From assembly GCA_019359245.1 (NCBI GenBank), contig JAHHHR010000012.1, positions 58,243-122,242 on the forward strand: DNA of 64,000 bases, written 5' to 3'. A program made the translations under genes and the position numbers. The notes under the pieces were generated by a model. It was not told where the DNA came from. It saw only the letters and a list, made by a program, of their open reading frames with translations, and did no database searches. The DNA is from Nostoc desertorum CM1-VF14 (lineage in GTDB: Bacteria > Cyanobacteriota > Cyanobacteriia > Cyanobacteriales > Nostocaceae). This document shows positions 17,589-25,996 of the stretch, in pieces (the stretch's first letter is position 1; every line of letters starts with the position of its first letter).

Positions 17589-19847
17589 ATGGAGAATGCC
17601 ACACTTAAGCTGCGCGGTATGAGTTGCGCTTCCTGTGCCAGAAGTATTGAAGATGCTATCAGTTCTGTCCCAGGTGTGAATGAATGTAGTGTGAATTTTG
17701 GGGCAGAACAGGCAACAGTTGATTATGACCCCAGAACAACAGATTTACAAGCCATCCAAGATGCGGTGGATGCAGCAGGTTATTCTGCCTATCCCCTCCA
17801 AGAACAAAACTTGATGACTGGGGAAGATGATGAAAAAAGATATCGCCAGAAAGAATCCCGTGATTTAGTGCGAAAGGTGACGGTAGGGGGCATCATTGGC
17901 ACTGTGCTGGTGATTGGCTCACTACCGATGATGACAGGGTTACAGCTGCCTTTGATTCCAATGTGGCTGCATAACCCTTGGCTGCAATTAGTCCTTACTA
18001 CTCCTGTACAGTTCTGGTGCGGTTACTCTTTTTACGTTAATACCTGGAAAGCTTTCAAACGCCATACTGCAACAATGGATACCTTAATAGCTTTGGGTAC
18101 AAGTGCCGCATATTTCTATTCACTATTTGCCACTTTATTTCCTGGCTTTTTCATGGCTCAGGGATTGATGCCAGATGTGTATTATGAAACTGCGGCGATT
18201 GTAATTACCTTGATTTTGTTAGGGCGGCTGTTTGAAAATCGCGCCAAAGGCCAAACTTCAGAAGCTATCCGCAAGCTGATTGGTTTGCAGGCGAAAACAG
18301 CACGGTTAATTCGCAACGGGCGAGAAGTAGATGTACCCATTGAACAAGTACAAATTGGCGATGTAGTGTTGGTTCGTCCTGGGGAGAAAATTCCGGTTGA
18401 TGGCGAAGTAGTTGACGGGACATCCACTGTTGATGAAGCAATGGTGACTGGCGAAAGTGTCGCAGTGAAAAAGCAACCAGGGGATGAAGTTATCGGAGCA
18501 ACCATCAACAAAACTGGAAGTTTTAAGTTTCGGGCGACAAGAGTTGGTAAAGACACTGTACTGGCGCAGATTGTCCAACTAGTGCAACAGGCTCAAGGCT
18601 CAAAAGCTCCCATTCAGAGACTAGCAGACCAAGTTACAGGGTGGTTTGTGCCGGCGGTAATTGCGATCGCTATCTTTACCTTTATCATTTGGTACAACAT
18701 GATGGGTAATGTCACCCTGGCGTTGATTACCACAGTCGGGGTGTTAATTATCGCTTGTCCTTGTGCGTTGGGTTTAGCCACACCAACTTCGGTGATGGTG
18801 GGTACTGGGAAAGGTGCAGAAAACGGCATTTTAATTAAAGGAGCCGAAAGCCTAGAAATAGCACATCAGATTCAAACAATTGTGTTAGACAAAACCGGCA
18901 CAATTACCCAAGGTAAACCGACAGTTACAGATTTTCTCACAGTTAACGGTACACTTAACGGCAACGAAATTAAGCTGATACAACTAGCAGCATCCTTAGA
19001 ACGTAATTCTGAACACCCATTAGCAGAAGCAGTTGTTCGATACGCCCAATCTCAGGAAGTAACCTTAGCAGATGTCAAAGATTTTGAAGCCGTTGCAGGT
19101 AGTGGTGTACAAGGTATCGTTACTAACCGTTTCGTACAAATTGGTACACAACGCTGGATGGAAGAGTTGAGTATTAACACTCAAGCCTTGCAACAAGATA
19201 AAGAACGCTTAGAATACCTCGGTAAAACAGCAGTTTGGTTAGCAGTTGACGGCGAAATCAAAGGATTGATGGGGATTGCTGATGCTATTAAACCCACTTC
19301 CACCCAGGCTGTGAGAGCGTTGCAAAAACTTGGTTTAGAAGTTGTCATGCTCACAGGTGATAACCGCCGCACCGCAGAAAGTATCGCCCGTGAAGTTGGT
19401 ATCAAGCGGGTTTTGGCAGAAGTCCGCCCCGATCAAAAAGCTGCTACAGTGCAAGCACTACAAGCAGAAGGCAAAATCGTCGCAATGGTTGGTGATGGTA
19501 TTAATGATGCACCAGCCCTAGCTCAAGCCGATGTCGGAATTTCAATTGGTACTGGTACAGATGTGGCGATCGCAGCTAGCGACATTACCTTAATCTCTGG
19601 TGATTTGCAAGGCATAGTTACAGCAATTCAACTCAGCCGCGCCACAATTCGCAATATTCGCCAAAACTTATTCTTCGCTTTCATTTACAACGTTGCTGGT
19701 ATTCCCATCGCCGCCGGAATTCTTTTTCCCATCTTTGGTTGGTTACTGAACCCAATCATCGCCGGTGCAGCAATGGCCTTTAGTTCGGTTTCTGTAGTTA
19801 CTAATGCATTACGTTTACGTAGCTTCCAACCTAAAACACTTGGGTAG
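17589..19847 (+). CDS. copA: Copper(I)-translocating P1B-type ATPase
   Basis: 752 aa with an N-terminal HMA domain (GMSCASCA), [20 protein letters not shown], and YN / MxxSS in the last helices (the Cu(I) subgroup signature as I recall it). Confidence 0.9.
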   Translation: MENATLKLRGMSCASCARSIEDAISSVPGVNECSVNFGAEQATVDYDPRTTDLQAIQDAVDAAGYSAYPLQEQNLMTGEDDEKRYRQKESRDLVRKVTVGGIIGTVLVIGSLPMMTGLQLPLIPMWLHNPWLQLVLTTPVQFWCGYSFYVNTWKAFKRHTATMDTLIALGTSAAYFYSLFATLFPGFFMAQGLMPDVYYETAAIVITLILLGRLFENRAKGQTSEAIRKLIGLQAKTARLIRNGREVDVPIEQVQIGDVVLVRPGEKIPVDGEVVDGTSTVDEAMVTGESVAVKKQPGDEVIGATINKTGSFKFRATRVGKDTVLAQIVQLVQQAQGSKAPIQRLADQVTGWFVPAVIAIAIFTFIIWYNMMGNVTLALITTVGVLIIACPCALGLATPTSVMVGTGKGAENGILIKGAESLEIAHQIQTIVLDKTGTITQGKPTVTDFLTVNGTLNGNEIKLIQLAASLERNSEHPLAEAVVRYAQSQEVTLADVKDFEAVAGSGVQGIVTNRFVQIGTQRWMEELSINTQALQQDKERLEYLGKTAVWLAVDGEIKGLMGIADAIKPTSTQAVRALQKLGLEVVMLTGDNRRTAESIAREVGIKRVLAEVRPDQKAATVQALQAEGKIVAMVGDGINDAPALAQADVGISIGTGTDVAIAASDITLISGDLQGIVTAIQLSRATIRNIRQNLFFAFIYNVAGIPIAAGILFPIFGWLLNPIIAGAAMAFSSVSVVTNALRLRSFQPKTLG

Positions 19848-19858
19848 AGGAAATAACA

Positions 19859-19939
19859 ATGTTGAATCAAGTCATATTTTTCGGGACTTTAGCAGGATTT
19901 GGATTTCTGCTAGGAGCAATTTCAGGAACTTTAGTATAG
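19859..19939 (+). CDS. Candidate 26-aa single-helix membrane peptide (MLNQVIFFGTLAGFGFLLGAISGTLV)
   Basis: Found by hand; it is below the track length cutoff. GAGGA lies 7 nt upstream of the ATG. It starts 12 nt after the ATPase stop and ends 38 nt before the cupredoxin gene. Confidence 0.35.
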   Translation: MLNQVIFFGTLAGFGFLLGAISGTLV

Positions 19940-19976
19940 CTGGTAACTTACTCAGATTCACGTAGGAGGTTTTTCA

Positions 19977-20555
19977 ATGTTGAACAAAACAGCACTTATC
20001 GGGAGTATAGCCAGTTTAGGAGTTGTATTCTCAATTGCATCTGGTGAAGCAGCTGCACAAAACTCCCACCAGGCGCACTCATCTGCAACAGTCCAAACCA
20101 ATCAATTTCAACGCATTGAGCAGCCATTAGGGAACAAAGTAGCCGTCACCCTCGGCGGATTGGGACTAATTGGCTTAGAAATTTGGTGGTTCTTGCTGAG
20201 TAAACCCAAGTCTCAGAAAGCAGTTGCAACGAGTGGAAATATTCAGGAAGCAACCGTCACCGTTGATGGGGGATATGAGCCAAGTCGAATTGTAGTGCAA
20301 GCCGGGAAACCAGTACGACTAAAATTTGAACGCAAAGATCCCAGCAGTTGTTTAGAACAAGTTTTGATTCCAGACTTTCACATTGCCGCAGATTTACCGC
20401 TTAATCAAGCTACTACTGTGGAATTTACCCCTGAAACAACAGGTGAATATACTTTCACTTGCGGTATGAATATGTTTCGTGGTGCGCTCGCAGTCCAAGC
20501 CGCAAACACTACTGAAGAAAAGTTGTCCACTCAAATCAGTGTCTCATCAGCTTGA
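19977..20555 (+). CDS. Membrane-anchored cupredoxin-like domain protein
   Basis: 192 aa with a signal/TM segment and a C-terminal domain: VTVDGGYEPSRIVVQAGKPVRLKFERKD..SC....IPDF...FTP...GEYTFTCGMNM. This is typical of cupredoxin_1-type accessory proteins of copper ATPases. Confidence 0.75.
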   Translation: MLNKTALIGSIASLGVVFSIASGEAAAQNSHQAHSSATVQTNQFQRIEQPLGNKVAVTLGGLGLIGLEIWWFLLSKPKSQKAVATSGNIQEATVTVDGGYEPSRIVVQAGKPVRLKFERKDPSSCLEQVLIPDFHIAADLPLNQATTVEFTPETTGEYTFTCGMNMFRGALAVQAANTTEEKLSTQISVSSA

Positions 20556-20575
20556 TGGAATGATCCTTTTCATAC

Positions 20576-20607
20576 TTGACTCTCCAGTTGAATGGAGAGT
20601 CTAGGAT
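20576..20607 (+). promoter_or_regulatory. MerR-type promoter: TTGACT, 20-bp spacer containing CTCTCCAGTTGAATGGAGAG, then TAGGAT
   Basis: Read directly, ending 39 nt upstream of the MerR-family gene, which implies autoregulation. Confidence 0.6.
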
Positions 20608-20645
20608 AAGATCAGTAATCATATCTCACTGAGGGTTTAGTTAGT

Positions 20646-21059
20646 ATGTTAGCCCAAGCAGAAGCAAAACAAATTGGTGTAGTTGCCAAAGAAAGCGGCG
20701 TACCCATTAAAACTATTCGCTACTATGAAGAACTTGGTCTATTAAAATCATCAGGAAGAACAGAAGGTGGATTTAGATTATTTAACTCTGATATTTTGGA
20801 GCGACTACACTTTATTAAACGCGCTCAAAGCTTAGGATTAAGCTTATCAGAGATTAAAGATTTTTTAAATGTTCATGATGGAGGAGAATTACCTTGTGAG
20901 CATATCAAAATTAAACTAGAAGATAAGGTAAAAGCTATTGATGAGCAAATTCAGCAATTACTAATTTTGAGGCAAGAATTATCGGGGTTGCTCTCTGGTT
21001 GGGAAATTAAGCCTGATGATTCTTATTCAACTATTTGTCCAATTATTGAGCATAATTAG
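20646..21059 (+). CDS. MerR-family heavy-metal-responsive transcriptional regulator
   Basis: 137 aa with an N-terminal HTH (IKTIRYYEELGLL), a dimerisation helix, and Cys84, Cys131 and His136 as candidate ligands. Confidence 0.85.
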   Translation: MLAQAEAKQIGVVAKESGVPIKTIRYYEELGLLKSSGRTEGGFRLFNSDILERLHFIKRAQSLGLSLSEIKDFLNVHDGGELPCEHIKIKLEDKVKAIDEQIQQLLILRQELSGLLSGWEIKPDDSYSTICPIIEHN

Positions 21060-21282
21060 TGAGAGATATACACATCCTTAGCTTAAAAACAGTTAAGTTT
21101 AATAAAAATAAAATTTCTAGTAAAAGTCAAAACTTGAAATTTTAATGGTGGCTATAAGTTAGTTTTGGCTGTTTTTAATATCCTCATTATAGTCTTTATT
21201 TTGAAAAATTCTGTTCATCATAAGTTGGTGAATAGAATTTTTGCTGTGTTTACTTATAAGTTGATGTTTTTGATTTTTCCTC

Positions 21283-21314
21283 TTGACTCTCCCGTTAGCT
21301 GGAGAATATAAGCT
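21283..21314 (+). promoter_or_regulatory. MerR-type promoter: TTGACT, 20-bp spacer containing CTCCCGTTAGCTGGAG, then TAAGCT
   Basis: Read directly, upstream of the Atx1-like remnant and the 21478 gene. Confidence 0.55.
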
Positions 21315-21383
21315 AATTCTAGGTTGAGTAAATAAATTAAAAACCTACTCAAACAAATCACGATTTATCAGTTATTTTCAGAG

Positions 21384-21446
21384 ATGACCCTACAAATTAC
21401 TGTTCATAAATTAGCTTGTTCAGCTTGTGTGGATACTTTTGAATAA
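21384..21446 (+). pseudogene. Truncated Atx1/CopZ-like metallochaperone remnant (20 codons: MTLQITVHKLACSACVDTFE-stop)
   Basis: Hand translation. It closely resembles the first 20 residues of cyanobacterial Atx1 (MTIQLTVPTIACEACAEAV.., from memory), including the CxxC motif. A stop follows where the domain should continue. Confidence 0.5.
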
Positions 21447-21477
21447 TTTAATCTATTAAAAAAGTGGAGTTAAATCA

Positions 21478-22356
21478 ATGAATCAAGTTCTAAATACGAT
21501 TGCTATAGCTACTACTTTAGTGCTAGCTCAAAGTTGCTCGTTATTATCTAATCAAGAAAAAGCAATATCTGTTAGCACACATCAGCATGAAGAGCGTTCA
21601 ACCACTGAGAGTCATCATAGAGAACATTCAACAAGTGGCACGATTCATGGTGAGAAGAAAGCATTAACTCAGGCAAAACTCAAAGTTTCCAGTAACATTA
21701 CCCAGAATAAAAATATTCCGATATTGATTGAGATTCAAGATTTAAATGGGAAAGCGATCGCAAATTTTGACACTTTCCAAGAAAAGCTCATGCATTTAAT
21801 TGTTGTTAGTGATGATCTTCAATTTTTTAGTCATCTTCATCCAACATATAACGATAATGGGCAGTTTGAAGTTGAAGCTAGTTTTCCACAAGCTGGTGGT
21901 TACACATTTTTTAGTGATTACAAACCTGTTGGTCAAACAGAACAAGTTTCAGTATTGAAAATGCAAGTTCCTGGAAATAGTATTGCTGCTCCAGAAATTA
22001 ACTTAGACAGAACTAAAATTTTTAATGATACTAAAGTCAATCTCGTTCTCTCTGAATCCACTGTTAAAGCAGGTCAAGAAGTCACTTTAATCTTTAAATT
22101 ACAAGAAGCTTCTAACAATCAATCGCTTACAGACTTACAGCCTTACTTGGGAGAAAAAGGACATTTAGTTATCTTGCGAAAGTCAACCTCTTTAACAGCA
22201 GAAGATTATATCCATGCTCATGCATTAAAAAATACTCCTGCTGGACAGGTTCATTTTATGACTAAATTTCCTCAATCAGGAAAGTATAAACTTTGGGGTC
22301 AGTTCAATCGAAATGGCAAAATCATCACTGCTGATTTCTTGCTCAATGTTGTTTAA
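21478..22356 (+). CDS. His-rich secreted lipoprotein, putative periplasmic metal-binding protein
   Basis: 292 aa with lipobox LAQSC, a His/Glu-rich linker (HQHEERSTTESHHREH) and a beta-rich body carrying HLHP and HAHA motifs. It lies downstream of a MerR-type promoter. Confidence 0.7.
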   Translation: MNQVLNTIAIATTLVLAQSCSLLSNQEKAISVSTHQHEERSTTESHHREHSTSGTIHGEKKALTQAKLKVSSNITQNKNIPILIEIQDLNGKAIANFDTFQEKLMHLIVVSDDLQFFSHLHPTYNDNGQFEVEASFPQAGGYTFFSDYKPVGQTEQVSVLKMQVPGNSIAAPEINLDRTKIFNDTKVNLVLSESTVKAGQEVTLIFKLQEASNNQSLTDLQPYLGEKGHLVILRKSTSLTAEDYIHAHALKNTPAGQVHFMTKFPQSGKYKLWGQFNRNGKIITADFLLNVV

Positions 22357-22380
22357 TTTAGCTTGAGGAAATTCCGAGCG

Positions 22381-22434
22381 ATCGCTTTTATCCGGGTGAG
22401 CCTGCGACAGATAATTTAATGGGATAAAAGCGAT
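22381..22434. terminator. 13-bp perfect inverted repeat (ATCGCTTTTATCC ... GGATAAAAGCGAT) between convergent genes
   Basis: Read directly. The loop is 28 nt and there is no clear U-tract. Confidence 0.3.
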
Positions 22435-22498
22435 GTTTAGGATGGGCTACGCTTACGCAATGAGAAAGGGCTGGAACAAGGTTGTGAGCTGGAATTCC

Positions 22499-23371
22499 TC
22501 ACCGATCTGATTCGCCTAGTTTCCACGGCTGCTGTCTCCACCCTAATCTGCGTCTTGCTTCGGAAGTATCCACTCTTCGCAGATGAATCTCCACAAGCTC
22601 TACGGTTTCTCGAACCAATGCTTCAAGTTCATTGACAGCTACAGAGGCTTCATGACAAAACAAACCTTCGAGACGAGAGGCAAGATTTTCAGGGGCAATC
22701 TTCATTTTCTCAATAAATCTGCTCATTCGCTTGAATTGAAATGTTGAATAATACAAGTGGTTCAATCCAGACAATACACCGAGAAGATTTTGGGCTGATT
22801 CAACCAGAATTTGGTAGTACCAGAGCGTTGTATCCCGTTTGGCAAGCTTGGACTGCATTCCCCAAATTGGAACAAATTTGAGATAATGCTCGACCATTGT
22901 TTGCGCGAGTCCATCGGGATAATTTGCAATCTTGGCTTTCCACTGCTGAATCAGTGTTTCGCCATACAACGGAATTCCGGCCAGTGTTCCTGACATTGCT
23001 TTTATCATTGGAGAGTGAACATCAAACTCCTCCAAGATGGTCGAAATTTCCTTTTCCCATTGTGCGATCGTTGCATGAGCAAACTGACATTCAACCCCGT
23101 TTACAAGGAAACTCTCACCAAACGCACCCTCTTGGCGATCGCCCAAAATCCCGATCAACTCTGAACCCTTATTTTGCTGACGCGCAAGGTGTAACTCTTC
23201 TTCAGAAGGCAATTCATCATAATAAAGCATTACATCGCAATCTGAGTATTCATCGCCCAGCCCTTCTGCGACTGAGCCTGTAACCATTACAGCTTTCGTT
23301 TTCGGGTTGGTGATATACGCTTTGACATTGCGTTTTACTAATTTCAACAAGTATTGAGTTTTATCAGTCAT
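22499..23371 (-). CDS. Nucleotidyltransferase-domain protein (minimal NTase fold with a helical C-terminal domain)
   Basis: 290 aa. GSVAEGLGDEYSDCDVMLYY matches the GS...G..D..SD.D NTase signature. The substrate is unknown. Confidence 0.65.
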   Translation of the reverse strand: MTDKTQYLLKLVKRNVKAYITNPKTKAVMVTGSVAEGLGDEYSDCDVMLYYDELPSEEELHLARQQNKGSELIGILGDRQEGAFGESFLVNGVECQFAHATIAQWEKEISTILEEFDVHSPMIKAMSGTLAGIPLYGETLIQQWKAKIANYPDGLAQTMVEHYLKFVPIWGMQSKLAKRDTTLWYYQILVESAQNLLGVLSGLNHLYYSTFQFKRMSRFIEKMKIAPENLASRLEGLFCHEASVAVNELEALVRETVELVEIHLRRVDTSEARRRLGWRQQPWKLGESDR

Positions 23372-23547
23372 GAGTTGTTATGACTTGCGTAAAGGTATAC
23401 ATCGATGAAAAGCTACGTTTATCTGCTGTTTTTACGTGACAGCTAGTGCAGCAAACCACGATGTTCTGGTTGTGGCTTCAAAAGTGCTAAGTGACTCTTG
23501 AGAGAAACGGGGGGATTGAAGTACGGATGAAAAAGTAGCAAAATTCG

Positions 23548-25227
23548 TTAACTTGATAATACTCCATCAAAGTATCGATCAATTTCTGCCGTAAGCACTT
23601 CAAAGTCTACAGGCTTGGTTAAGTGGCATTTAAAACCAGACTTAAGCGCAAACTCCCTATCCTCTTGGCCACCGTAGCCAGTAAGCGCAATCAGAATTGA
23701 GCGAGTAAATTTGGAGTCTTTACTCAGTTCCCGTGCAACGGCGAATCCATCCATTTCGGGAAGTCCGATGTCACAAATAATCACATGAGGCTCAAGTTCC
23801 CTTGCAGTTTCTACCCCTGAAATTCCGTTATTGGCAATGAAAACTTCATGCCCGAAGTACTCAAGCACTGCTTTTAATGTTATGGCTGAATCCTCGTTAT
23901 CTTCGATGACTAAAATCTTCAACGATTTTTTAGCCGCTTCTATAATCTCTGAGCCGTTATCCCAAGCTGTAATCTCTTCGCATACAGGGAGAGTGACTTT
24001 GAATTCTGCTCCCAAATTGATCCCTCTACTTGAGGCTTCAACATTACCACCATGAAGTTCCACAAGACTTTTTACTACCGATAATCCCAAACCTAGCCCA
24101 CCCCTCGAACGGTCTAAACTGCGATCAGCCTGGGTAAACGGCTCGAATAGTTCTGGTAAAATTGTCGGGTCTATCCCTATGCCTGAGTCTTTTACAGATA
24201 AAGCTGCTACACTGCCTGAGCCATTTTCACCTGGAATAAATGAGATATCCACCCAGATCATCCCATCTGGCTTGGAAAACTTTAAGGCGTTATCAAGAAG
24301 GTTTCCAAAGACTTGGAAGAATCGCGTCGGGTCAACATAAGCCCACAGAGGCGTGTTTGGTAGGTCTTGTACTACATTAAGGTTCGATTTCTTTATTGCT
24401 TGTGCATGGTCATTGAGACTCTGGCGAACCAATTCCACCAGATTAACCTTCTCCAGGTTTAATGAAATCTTCCCATAGGTGATGGACGATACATCAAGTA
24501 ACTCATCAATCAATTTCGAGAGGTGTTTAATCTGGTGCTGCATCTTTAAAACTGTTTCTCCGACTACACCAGTCTCGCCTAGCTTCAACTTGAGAAGCTG
24601 AACCCCATTTGAGATGGGAGCAACGGGATTTCTCAACTCGTGAGCTAGCATCGCAATAAATTTGTCTTTCAGGGCGTTTTGGTTCGTAAGTTTCTGAAAA
24701 AGTTGAACGTTTGCGATCGCTACTGCCGTAGTGTCGGTCAAAGTCTCAAGCAATTCTATCTCTTCGGGTGTGGCTCGGTGTGGTGTACTCCAGTAGGCTC
24801 CGATCGCACCGAGTGGATCAGAAATCCGTATCGGAACCATCACTAAACTCTTGACAAAAGTTACTTTATAAGCATCAAGAGGAATTCGCGCATCCTGATA
24901 AATGTCTTCAATCACGGCTGCTTGTTTATTGAGCATTGCCCAACCGGAGATGCAAGACTTGAGCGGAAAACGCATACCTTTCCAAAGTGGCCCGATGGCG
25001 TTTTCATCGACATAGTGGCAACATTCACCATCCCGCAGTACAAAAGTTACTCCATCAGCATTAGTTAGATCGCGAGCAGCCAAACGCACAATCTCAATAA
25101 TTTCCTCAATAGTCCGTACACAAGCCAAATCCTTCACGACCAAAAGCAGCCTATTGTAAGACGGAATACTATAGCTCTGATGTGAATTTTGTGCTTCAGA
25201 GATGGAGCCTTGTAATATATTTTTCAT
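23548..25227 (-). CDS. Hybrid sensor histidine kinase (GAF - HisKA - HATPase_c - receiver)
   Basis: 559 aa with H-box AHELRNP, G-boxes DSGIGI / GGLGLGLS, and a C-terminal REC domain (VIEDNEDS ... DIGLPEMDG ... LTGY ... K). Confidence 0.9.
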   Translation of the reverse strand: MKNILQGSISEAQNSHQSYSIPSYNRLLLVVKDLACVRTIEEIIEIVRLAARDLTNADGVTFVLRDGECCHYVDENAIGPLWKGMRFPLKSCISGWAMLNKQAAVIEDIYQDARIPLDAYKVTFVKSLVMVPIRISDPLGAIGAYWSTPHRATPEEIELLETLTDTTAVAIANVQLFQKLTNQNALKDKFIAMLAHELRNPVAPISNGVQLLKLKLGETGVVGETVLKMQHQIKHLSKLIDELLDVSSITYGKISLNLEKVNLVELVRQSLNDHAQAIKKSNLNVVQDLPNTPLWAYVDPTRFFQVFGNLLDNALKFSKPDGMIWVDISFIPGENGSGSVAALSVKDSGIGIDPTILPELFEPFTQADRSLDRSRGGLGLGLSVVKSLVELHGGNVEASSRGINLGAEFKVTLPVCEEITAWDNGSEIIEAAKKSLKILVIEDNEDSAITLKAVLEYFGHEVFIANNGISGVETARELEPHVIICDIGLPEMDGFAVARELSKDSKFTRSILIALTGYGGQEDREFALKSGFKCHLTKPVDFEVLTAEIDRYFDGVLSS

Positions 25228-25411
25228 AATAAACTCCGAAAAAAGGGATATCTGTATAAAAACTCAGGTAAAGCGGTTAGGTTTTAGCCGACACCTACTC
25301 TTAATCGTAATTTTAACTTTGATATTATTAGTACGTCTTGTTATTGCATTTTTTGCTTCTATGTTTATGGGTATAAATACTTTTAATCCAGCTCAGTAAA
25401 TATTCTGAATT

Positions 25412-25508
25412 TTCTTATAGAGTTACCCCACAGGCTTTTTATTCCCCCAACCCACCTTAAAAAGCTACGGTGTACACACAATTCTTTTAGAGTTACCCCA
25501 CAGGCTTT
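25412..25508. repeat. Two direct copies of a 27-nt motif (TTCTTWTAGAGTTACCCCACAGGCTTT) with a 70-bp period
   Basis: Copies at 25412-25438 and 25482-25508, one mismatch, immediately upstream of the IS982-like remnant. Confidence 0.5.
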
Positions 25509-25995
25509 GATCCCCGCAATCCCCTTTTTAAGCAGGGCTGTTTCATTGATTGGAGAGCGTCGCAGCACTTCTCGGATGCATCTATCGGAGGTAATGACGA
25601 TTGCATTAGCGAAGCTTACCGAAGGTATCGCTTTTCATGGTTCAGGCTGCCGAACATTCAAAGAGTTTTATACCCTGCATGTACTCCCTAGTTGGCGTGG
25701 CGCCTTCCCGAATCTAGTCAGCTACAGCAGATTCATTGAATTGATGCCGTGGTACTTGATGCTTTTGCCTTGTTTTTTACATACACGCATAAGTTAAATT
25801 ACAGAAATTAGTTTTATTGATTCTACACCAATAGAAGTTTGTCATTGATGTCGGGCACACGCACACAAGGTATTTAAAGGATTAGTCAAATGGGGGAAAA
25901 ATTCGGTGGGTTAGCATTTTGGTTTTAAACTTCATTTAATTATTAACGACTCTGGGGAATTTCAACTTACTGCTGCAAATGTTGATGACCGTCAG
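25507..25995 (+). mobile_element. IS982-family transposase pseudogene (three in-frame stops, 3' truncated)
   Basis: Single-frame translation gives ..SEVMTIALA..FHGSGCRTFKEFY...FPNLVSYSRFIELMPW..*..ISFIDSTPIEVCH*..AHKVFKGL..GKNSVG*HFGFKLHLIINDSGE...ANVDDRQP. In-frame stops are at 25795, 25846 and 25911. The homology ends abruptly at the stop of the neighbouring gene. Confidence 0.75.
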
Positions 25996-25996
25996 C

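Noticed and set aside
22811-23283. Plus-strand ORFs 22811..22993 and 22897..23283
   Set aside because: They are antisense to the nucleotidyltransferase-domain gene, which has the NTase signature.
25412-25508. Possible CRISPR array
   Set aside because: There are only two copies of a 27-nt repeat, the intervening sequence is itself partly repeated, and no cas genes are present. They are more likely IS-end or tandem-repeat debris.
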